From the NCBI GenBank assembly GCA_002269645.1, contig NIVC01000175.1, positions 620,001 through 684,000 of the forward strand: a stretch of DNA of 64,000 bases, in the 5' to 3' direction. The notes under the pieces were generated by a model. The model did no database searches. It saw only the letters and a program-made list of their open reading frames with translations, and was not told where the DNA came from. Each line of letters starts with the position of its first letter. Position 1 is the first letter of the stretch. The DNA is from Macrostomum lignano. Lineage: Eukaryota. Made by a program: the position numbers and the translations under genes. Below are positions 1-8,995 of this stretch, piece by piece.

Positions 1-97
1 GATCATGCCCAAGGTCATTAGACCGTCGAGATGCAGCGAACCGCTATAGATTCTCCGAGAAAAGCTGCAAGAGACTTTCGCTTTCTTCTTGAGTTTA

Positions 98-380
98 TGA
101 AGAACGTCAGTGAGAAAGCAGGCCTTACTAAGGTGTACACCGACCGCTGCATATGGTAGGTAGTTTGACCTGTACTTTTTCCCACCATATTCATGTGTCT
201 CTGTGAAAACATTTGAATCTAGACAAATCAGTTGCCAAATTTTCCTAAACTGCAGAGTAACTAGAGCGTGCCACCTGGATACCTGTGGCCAGACTATCCA
301 GGAAATCATGCTCATCACTGGGCGAAAGTGTGAGCGGACTGTTAAGCGCTACTTATCGAGGCGACGGGATCGCAGTTGTA
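98..380 (+). pseudogene. Degenerate Crypton/DUF3504-type tyrosine recombinase C-terminal remnant (two exons, ~98-155 and 256-~380)
   Basis: FMKNVSEKAGLTKVYTDRCI followed by VT..CHLDTCG..IQEIMLITGRKCERTVKRY resembles the Crypton box II pattern (MK.IS..AGL...YTNHC.R.T...IM..TGH.....Y). A GT..AG intron (156-255) joins the parts but creates TGA where the catalytic Arg is expected, and both conserved His appear as Arg. Confidence 0.6.
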
Positions 381-1302
381 TAGGGCATCTCTGGCTGTGG
401 ATCAGGCCGAAACTAATGTCATTAATGTCATTAATTAACTGATTAACATACGATTTCTTTGTTGAACAGTTTTTGATGTTTTTCTAACATAAAAAAATAA
501 ATTTTTTTCTTTGTTATTGTTTAAATTGCTGTTGCGTGTTAATGTCCAAAATGACATTAACACGTATCCCACGCGCGTGTTATTTTCACCAAAAAAGCAT
601 AGCAATGTTCATACTCTAGAGTGCTCATACTTCCCCTCTATCTAACCAACTCATCCCTTTGGACCATAGACATTCTTATTTGATCCAGCGTGCAAGAATG
701 CTTTGGAAGTCGCCATATGCGTGCAGAAATGCAAGTTTCTATGGTAAAAGCACCTTGAATTTACATGTGCACTCCGTGCAGAAATGTCTATCGTGCAAGA
801 ATGTAACGCGCAATGTTTCTATATTTAGCATAACAGCCATAGACTACAAGCATAATCTTCTTTCCATCGTGCAAGAATGTTCAGACTAGCTCGCGCATAT
901 TTTGTCTATGGTTCAAGTCTAACTCCACACCCCCAGCTCCACCCTTGTCTACTTTAGCCACACATGTTGGATCAAATAAGAACGGGAATCAAGCACTTTG
1001 ACTTGTCCGTCTATGGTAAAAACCCTCGTGCGCTACGCGCACTCGTGTTTCAGCCATTGACGCACTCGTCAGCGTGCTAGATTCCTCCAGTCCCAAGCAT
1101 CAGTACCACGTCAGACAACACGATTCCCGCGTTTTCGCACCAATCTGAAATAAAAAACTTCGAAACTTCAAATTGTTAGGAATCGTTAGGCATTGCTAGA
1201 CGACAAAAGTGTCATCATCCGTTGCCGCCGCAAGGAAGGGGCTATTACTGCTAGTTAGCAAAGCAACAATAAATATGCGCACCACATACTACTGTTTTCA
1301 GC

Positions 1303-1352
1303 TGAATATGAATATGTCGTATGAATATGAATATGAATATGAATATGAATAT
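1303..1352. repeat. (TGAATA)n hexamer microsatellite
   Basis: Direct reading of tandem GAATAT units. Confidence 0.8.
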
Positions 1353-1693
1353 TTCGTTACCGAATTGTTATAGAATTTGCCGGACAAATGATGCCATTGC
1401 ACTGACTTGCTGAACAAATTGACTTTGAGAGCCACACCAGCCAACTGCTGACACTCTAGATGCCCAGCCAGAATATTTAGGTTCCATTCACACCTGAAAT
1501 TTGGGAAGTCGGTAATTTTTCAATTCTGGATTGACAGACTCATCATACTGCGCTCTTTGGATATCGGTGACTTAAACTGCGGTCAGAAAAGCGAGTACCT
1601 AGCTACGGGACTAAGGTCGCTATTCTTAGTTGCATTATTTTCGAAACGGTACATATATATACATGCATTCGCCCTGAATTCAGACACCCAAAC

Positions 1694-3421
1694 ATGCCTG
1701 ACGAGAAACCAACCGCAGTCCACAAGGCAGCAATTCTGCTACCTGTTCAAGCTTGGCTGTCGAGCACATCTGCTCACGGTTTGAGCAGACTCTCTGGTCA
1801 GCGACCAATCTACATCAAACTAATTTGGCTTCTGGTTTTCGCCTCATTCATGACGATCTTTGTCATCCAGGTGCAAGTCTTTGTGAACAAGTACCATGAA
1901 AAGCCGCAGACGACTACCCTACAGGAGGACTCGGTGGAGTTCGAGTTCCCGGACCTGGTCATCTGCAGCACGAACATTGTGTCAGGAAGTTATCCCTACT
2001 TGCTGGACTCACAACAAGTGTCAGAAATCAACAGCTATGTGAATAAAACCAATAAACTTTTTGACACACCCAGTCGCCCATTTGCTTCACGTAAATTTGC
2101 CCAATCTCTGATGGCGACCCTGCCTTATCGGCTGCTCAGTGACAATTTAGGCCACAGAGCCGATCAACTTGTTCTGCGAAACGCAATCAATGGAATGGGT
2201 CGAGAAAAGGTTCACTTCAGCACCTTCTACAGCCCGTCCGAGCTTAACTGTGTCCGCTTCGAGCCCACAGATGAGCAGAGAGCAGCTCTGAGCATTGAGA
2301 ACAATTATCTGGAAATTATGTTGTTCTTGGATGGTACCTTCATCAAGTTTTCCAAGAAGATTGATATCGCTCCGGTGCCTTTGGAAAAGCAATCCGGTTT
2401 CGACTTTCTTACCTGGGATCTTATCTGGGGTATCAATTTGAAGGGTTGGAGTGGAGTCAACTTGTACTTTGCTAAACGAGGTCACTACCCGAGTCCTGAC
2501 TCTGTTCTGCAGCTGAGCTCTGGAAAAGAGTACACAATTAACCTGGAGATGGAGAAGCTGACACTTTCCAAGGGGATGCAGTGCCTCTCTGATCCCAAGC
2601 CCCTGAGGATTGTAAGTCCGTACAACGGGTCCGAGACGGCTTACCAGTACAGCCAGTACCTTTGCCGCTCTGAGAGAATAAACGAGTTGTTGATGAAGAA
2701 AAGCGGCTGCGTGAACCACCTGCTTCCGAGGAGCAAAAGATTCGAAAGCGCCCTCGGATGCTTGAACACTAATGGACCACTATTCAAAAGTAACTATCAG
2801 AAATATAATGCTCTATTGAACAGAAATGACCACTTTTACGGATCGCTTGACCAAAAGAAAATTCAAAGATACTGCAAAAATCGACGTCCTTGCGAAACAT
2901 TTAGCTACACCCTCACGCATTCGTCTAGCACCTGGCCCAGGTTTTACTCGTCTAATCAAGTCACGTTACTAAGGAACCTTTTAAGGATAGTCAGAAAAGG
3001 TCGTAAACCTAAAGAAACGCATCCCGGATACGTTGACTTGGCGTCTATCCTTATGGAGATGCTAGACAACATGACCACGGAACGCAGTCTAATGGGCAGC
3101 AACTATATGCAGGACCAGCTGATGCGAATCAAGGTCAAAGCCGGAAAATCCTTTGGACCGACAGTCACAATCCAGCGCAGCTACGAGTTGGCTAACCTCG
3201 TGTCGGATGCTGGCGGCATTCTGGGCCTCTACATGGGCTGCTCTCTGCTGACTGTGCTGGAGGTGCTCGAGCTGCTGCATGACTGCCTGCTCGGCTGCTG
3301 TTCCGTCGGGACCGGAGCCGTGGCGCCTCGGACAGGCGACGACGAAGAGGACAAGAACGATGCGGCCGGAAGGGGGACGCGCGGCAATACGAATGCCACT
3401 TTGGTGGTCGAGCAAGTCTAA
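1694..3421 (+). CDS. DEG/ENaC (amiloride-sensitive sodium channel/ASIC/FaNaC superfamily) subunit, intronless, 575 aa (copy A)
   Basis: Pre-TM1 HG motif (STSAHGLSRL), hydrophobic TM1, post-TM1 FPDLVIC, Cys-rich thumb region, and TM2 LVSDAGGILGLYMGCSLLTVLE with the G-x-S selectivity filter. Confidence 0.93.
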   Translation: MPDEKPTAVHKAAILLPVQAWLSSTSAHGLSRLSGQRPIYIKLIWLLVFASFMTIFVIQVQVFVNKYHEKPQTTTLQEDSVEFEFPDLVICSTNIVSGSYPYLLDSQQVSEINSYVNKTNKLFDTPSRPFASRKFAQSLMATLPYRLLSDNLGHRADQLVLRNAINGMGREKVHFSTFYSPSELNCVRFEPTDEQRAALSIENNYLEIMLFLDGTFIKFSKKIDIAPVPLEKQSGFDFLTWDLIWGINLKGWSGVNLYFAKRGHYPSPDSVLQLSSGKEYTINLEMEKLTLSKGMQCLSDPKPLRIVSPYNGSETAYQYSQYLCRSERINELLMKKSGCVNHLLPRSKRFESALGCLNTNGPLFKSNYQKYNALLNRNDHFYGSLDQKKIQRYCKNRRPCETFSYTLTHSSSTWPRFYSSNQVTLLRNLLRIVRKGRKPKETHPGYVDLASILMEMLDNMTTERSLMGSNYMQDQLMRIKVKAGKSFGPTVTIQRSYELANLVSDAGGILGLYMGCSLLTVLEVLELLHDCLLGCCSVGTGAVAPRTGDDEEDKNDAAGRGTRGNTNATLVVEQV

Positions 3422-3546
3422 CAAAATCAGTGAATTACATGCATGCCATCGCTATAGTCTTGACTATTTTGTCGATCAATACGACAACTTATTTACTAAG
3501 AATTCTATTTTCTCTATACTACAGTATATATTGTTTACAAACTCGC

Positions 3547-3700
3547 AAAGCATCTCTATCCGGCAATCTGGCCCGCTCAAGGTTTGTATCTCTTCTCAGC
3601 TCTCTTCTCTCTCTTCTCTTTTCTCTCCTCTTCTCTCCATCTTCTGCTCCGTTGTCTCTTCTCTTCTTCTCTGTGCCGCAGCCATGCGCTGGGTTCCCTA
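3547..3700 (+). repeat. Dispersed repeat with CT-rich tail; second copy at ~53800-54040
   Basis: Shares ctctatccggc...ccgctca.ggtttgt..ctcttctcagctctcttctctct with 53800-53890. Confidence 0.6.
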
Positions 3701-5379
3701 TCTGACCTTTGAGGTATATTATATTTACATTGTCAAACGTATCCCTGAGGTGAATATATGGTTACTTTGTGTTTTAAGGACAAATATAGATTGATTGACG
3801 CGCTCAGATAGCATCATGTTAACCCCTAAAACGCAAAAATGGAATACAATTAAGATGTGTGTGCACTGTAAATTGATTTTCCATTACCAACATTTCCGAA
3901 ATTGCTGTATGTGTGCCTGTGTGTAATTCATTTATATTAGATGCTGAGTTAACTGCTGCATGCTAGCTGATCAATATCTGCGTGTACTGCAAATTTTACA
4001 TTCATATGGCTACTGCAAATTAAATACAGTATGGTCTTTAACCGCATGTATGACATATATAAGTATCGTACGCGAACATGCTGAAGTATACTAAGTATCG
4101 AATTTCGAGCTACTTGCAATGTTTGCATCAGACCAACGAGTGTGGCAAATTTTGGTCCTGCTTACATGTATTTCTGTTTGCCGATGCACGGTAGCTAGCT
4201 CACAACTTAATAGTATACTGTAGTAATTCAATCAATAGACATGGATAATAAATTTATGCATTCAATTTAACGTAATTTGTTTGGTCAATGAATGCATTAT
4301 TAGAAATGGTAGTCGCTAAGCAGTAATGTAAATGGCATTAAGTTATAACTAATCGTACAATGCAGAGCGTTTGTTAAGAGTGCCTGCTTTTGTCAGCGTC
4401 CTCACTCTATGCTGTCTAGTATTAGTAGTAGGAAACAACCCTTAATGTTTTTTTTTGAAATTAGCAATTTATTGATTATCATTAAATATTTGTTCTAAGC
4501 TAGTCCATGCCCTGCTCGGCCACTAACAATTGGCAGATTGGTTGTCATGCCATTCGCATCACACGACGTTATTTGTAATGTTAGCTTATATTTGTTAGCT
4601 CGAATGGCAAAGTTATAAAGTTAAGTTATGAATTCTAATAGCGGTAGGGTTCCATAGAGAATATGTCAATGTCAAGAGCTGGTCCAAGTAAATTGAAGAC
4701 TAAATAAATCTTAGAAAAAATTAATCCGACGATAAAGGTCCTGTACGATCCTCCAAACTCTTACGCCTAGACCGCGAACAAGCACACAGATGGGGAACAC
4801 GACTTTAATCAACATTTAATTTGATCACCAAAAATTACGACACATAAGAAATCACATAGAAACTAAAAATAAGTACAAGTAACGACACTGTCACAAGGGC
4901 CTCCTTCCTTACTCCATGGCAACCGTGTCTAGCGTCCTGAAATCTAAATTCTTTTGCTTTATCGTGCAGGTACCGGAGAGCAACCCAATTGACTCTACAA
5001 CACTTGACCAGTTCCTCCGAAGACAGCTTGCAACTTTCTTCTGCTATGGCCTAATATACGGCCTGATGTGGCCTAATGGGCGAGGCATCTTGGATACGAT
5101 CGACTTACGATCGACCATAGACGTAAGTTGGGTAAGCTACACTTACGGGTTGCTCGAAGGGCTCGCAAGTTAGCTATGCGTAAGATTTATCGCAACTTTA
5201 CGAGTTCGTAACTTTGCGCAAAAGACTGTTTCTCGAAACGTTCGTATGTCTATGGTCTTTCGTAAGGTTGATTCTCACCCTACGACTGCTCGGTATCAGT
5301 CGTAAGACGCACTTAAGCACTAATCGCATAGTACGTGAAGCTTTAGTCAAGCCAAGTCAAGTTAAACTTTATCGAAGGT

Positions 5380-5727
5380 GGGTCTTTCTCGAAAGCAACT
5401 TACGATAGACTAAATAAAGATATTTGCAGATTTATAACCATAGACATGCAACTTTTCGTTTTAGATACGACTTACGAACAGCGTAAGCCACGCAAAGTCT
5501 AAGTGAGTTTTGAGAAAGCGTCTTACGAGCAAACTTACGCTACACGTAAATTTCTTTCTTACGATCTAACTTACCATAGAACTTATGTCTTAGCTCGTAT
5601 AATCTTAAGTTATCGCAAGTTATCAATCTTACGCATAGCTAACTTGCGAGCCATTCGAGCAACCCGTAAATGTAGCTTACCCAACTTACGTCTATGGTCG
5701 ATCGTAAGTTGCTTTCGAGAAAGACCC
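5380..5727. mobile_element. MITE / non-autonomous DNA transposon with 27-bp TIR (GGGTCTTTCTCGAAAGCAACTTACGAT)
   Basis: 5380-5406 is the exact reverse complement of 5701-5727. A related ~95-bp inverted copy of the right arm lies at 5101-5197. Superfamily not determined. Confidence 0.7.
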
Positions 5728-7291
5728 CCCCCCTGTATTTCTATCGTACACAGCTACCCTATAATGGCAGGGTTGAATTGAAACTCAGTAAGCTTAATTG
5801 AGCACTCGTGTCACCCTGGCTGCCTCGACGAAAAGTCTACTAATCACCGCTAAGAAGTATAAAATAAAGTGATAATTAGGAAATTACGCTTTAGTTTAAT
5901 TGGACAAGCAAGAGGTGAAATAATTGCTCATTTCATCTAATCGATACCGTAGAGATCCGTCCTTGAAAATATTCGACAGTATTATTGCTTTATCTGCATA
6001 CTTTCTTCGAACTATCTCCTAAGTCTTCAAAAAACGAAGTATTGTAAGTAAAATCACGGATACCAATTGTGAAACATTGGTAATTTTATGTTTGCATTGT
6101 AAAAAAGTCGTTTGTACGCTTTGTCGATTTTAGTCAGTCAATCGGTAAGTCACCCACTCACTCAAATCAGTCGCAGTCTTTACCTTAAAACAGTTTAGAA
6201 CACTATAGAATTTGACTTTAGGTGGCTCCGGTTTGTTCTTAAAGATACAGATATCTTTAAGCTCAGCAGTCGATGAAGAGGTTGTACATGTACATGTAGA
6301 TGCCGGATTTTGAGCTGCTCATGTTACGAAGGTTTTAGGTTGTGGCAGGCCGAGGGTGGAGTCAGTGCCCGCGGCTGAATCCGTCGCTTCATCGTTGTGA
6401 ATACCTGAGTGTCCTGGGATACTGCACTTTTGGTGCACGTCCGGAGAGCAAACAGAGATTTCTTCCAGATATTGCATGTACTAGGTGACCTGGCCAATTT
6501 ACCGGGAGGTTGTTGCTGGATTTATTGACGGCTATAAGGCCAATCCGAATCCCAATAAGGCATACAGACCGCCGCTCCAGTGGGGCTAAGAGACACTCAC
6601 GAAGGCGCTGTTGCGGCTGATGATGGCACCATTCTAGACAGACGCAGTCAATGTTTTTCAGCAAGTTATTAACTCCAGTCAGTTTGGTTCAGAGCCTGGC
6701 TTTGGTTTCAGTTCCTCCTATTAGTTGTCAATCTTTTTACCGGCACGACAGCAACAACAAAATACGCTGTCAGAGTCTTTAGAATGCAGCCTCACAGCGT
6801 CACGCTCGCCCCGATCTTGAAGGCAGTACACAGCAGTCATGCGCGCGCCGAGTCTACGCTTTCTTCGGCAGCTATCTCTGTTTGTCCATACCTTCGATGC
6901 CTCACAAGAAAAGCATAATTTGCCAGCTGCCAAAAATCTATCGCCGAGATAAATGCTAAAGCAATTAAAGTCTTGCCGGTCAGACAAGTTAAAGAAACTA
7001 AATTTTCGGAAAGAGCCAAGACGACAGTAGTTTTCCAATTATTATAATTGGCATTTAATTTTTAATTGCTAATTAGACACCTGCGTCGATTTCAAGCAAA
7101 GAAGTCACCCAACACTAGACCGATGTCGCAGGCCAATCTCGGGGCGGCGACCCATGAATTTTTCTATTCAGGCAAGGACGCTACAGAACCCAGGTAACTT
7201 TCGACAACCACTGCAAAGTTGTGTCGCTGCAAAGTTGTGTCGCCGCAAACTTACAGCTCAACTCTGACTTAAGAATTTGTTTTGCAGCAAT

Positions 7292-7695
7292 ATGCATCAC
7301 CGGATCATGATTGTCGCTCTCGTCTACTTGTCTGCAGTGGCCATTGGTGGGGCCAGTGGTCGGCCGATGCCGAACGCTGCCGTCGACCAGCTGACCAACC
7401 ATTTCATGAGGGTCTTTTTTGTGCCCCAGCTGCAGCAGAACTTGCCTGCTGGTGAAAAACCTGCTAGCGATGCATCCAACAAAATTGAATCCGTCGGCCG
7501 AATCAAGAAAGGTATGCGCAACCTTTTTTTACCGTTGGACTCTACGCTTTGAAACTGAATTCGAATCTAGTCATATTGTATAATTGTTTATTCATTTTTC
7601 TGTCTCCCACAGGTATGGAACACGATATGCACCGGCACTCTTACATTCCAATGTTCAACTTTCTACGCGGCGCGCTTCGCATCGAGCTGCAGTAA
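7292..7695 (+). CDS. Small secreted protein / possible neuropeptide-like precursor, join(7292..7511,7613..7695), ~100 aa
   Basis: Signal-peptide-like MHHRIMIVALVYLSAVAIGGASG, canonical phase-1 GT-AG intron 7512-7612, basic site RIKK, and a 5' UTR intron 7194-7287. No family recognised. Confidence 0.55.
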
Positions 7696-8096
7696 TCAAG
7701 CAACCATTTTGATGCTTCAAAGGCGTAACTATTTTGGACTTTAATATTTCGAGTTTAACCCGGACTTGTTTTCTCGTAAGACTGTTTTATTTGTAAAAAT
7801 ATTAAAAGTCTAAGTCTTGACTTTGTTTTAGAAGTATACATAGCTATACATCCCTCAAAGAAAATTTAATTTCTAATGAATCCTCGTTCGTTGTGTTTCA
7901 CCGTTTCACACCTTGCACACAAAGCTTCATAAAGGTTCAAACTTGTTTATTTGCTGTTTGATGCGATGTAAGTGCTGTAGATCGATGACCGCTTGTGTTG
8001 AAGTGCTAGTTGGCTCTAACTATAAATTTTGGTCGGTGTAGTTCATAATTTTATTGACTGTATTTGTTCTACTGATAATAAGTAAAATAATTTCTT

Positions 8097-8303
8097 TTAA
8101 TAAGTAAAAGACTTGTTCACAAAGACTTGCACCTGGATGACAAAGATCGTCATGAATGAGGCGAAAGCCAGAAGCCTTTCGTCGTAGATTCGTCGCTGAC
8201 CAAAGAGTCTGCTCAAAGCGTGAGCAGATGTGCTCAACAGCCAAGCTCGAGCAGGTAGAAGAATGGCTTCCTCATGGACTGCGGTGTGTTTCTCGTCAGA
8301 CAT
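8097..8303 (-). pseudogene. 3'-truncated DEG/ENaC paralogue fragment (N-terminus and TM1 only)
   Basis: MSDEKHTAVHEEAILLPARAWLLSTSAHALSRL...FMTIFVIQVQVFVNK aligns to the N-termini of 1694.. and 35041... The HG motif is changed to HA, there is a small deletion in TM1, and homology stops after VNK. Confidence 0.85.
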
Positions 8304-8470
8304 TTTTTGTCAAAATTCAAGGTAAACTTTGATATCTCTGGGATTGTGAATTAGAAGTCTAGTGCATGTATCCACTTTCCGACTGCAGTTTGAAGTTTAT
8401 TTTGAAGTTTACTTTCAAGCCTTGGGTACAAGTCGACAGGACTGACTTCCCTCATTATTATACATGTACT

Positions 8471-8613
8471 GGGTCGCCATCATAAACCCGAAAAATCACA
8501 AACCCGAAACATCACAAAACCGAAATATTATAACTCCAAAAACCAAAATAGTGTTGGACATTGCTAGAACTTTCGTAGTCATGATATTTCGGGTTTATGA
8601 TATTGGCGGGCGA
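8471..8613. mobile_element. Small foldback/MITE-like remnant with subterminal repeats
   Basis: gtcgccatcataaacccgaaa (followed by ~3 aaacccgaaa-like repeats) is inverted relative to tttcgggtttatgat..ggcg. Confidence 0.4.
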
Positions 8614-8995
8614 TTCTCGCTGAGTTAAAAAGACATCAGTTGTAAACAGACTACTATCATTAGTAGCAAATGACGCCAAAATGATTAAGCCTAAATATTA
8701 AACTATCTAGTGTGAACTCAAAATAAAATAATAAAAAATATATTTTATTGGGCAGCTACTAAAAATATAGTTGTGCATTCAGTTTTATTTAAAAATGTGT
8801 GTAGGCTTTGATTGATGTCAAGATCTTTCAGTTCTGAGTGAGCATCGGGCTGAATATTGCAAGCTACATATTAAATACACACCATGAGTGATAAAACTAA
8901 AGCTAAGTATATTTAAACGTGTAAAATTTTCAAGCATAATCGTGAAAATTAGAAATGTCAACGCAAAAATCCAAACAATGCAATGCTACACACAG

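Noticed and set aside
2147-3424. Antisense ORFs overlapping the DEG/ENaC genes (also 35707-36789)
   Set aside because: Expected shadows of GC-rich coding sequence; their similarity between copies just mirrors the sense-strand identity.
6300-7040. Possible minus-strand spliced gene (ORFs 6389-6664, 6721-7038 and 6837-7019 with RHRR)
   Set aside because: Splice-like signals exist, but I could not build a phase-consistent model or recognise any domain.
7613-7745. Cys-containing alternative frame (VWNTICTGTLTFQC...) for exon 2 of the small secreted protein
   Set aside because: It would need a phase-0 junction, but the only GT donor gives phase 1.
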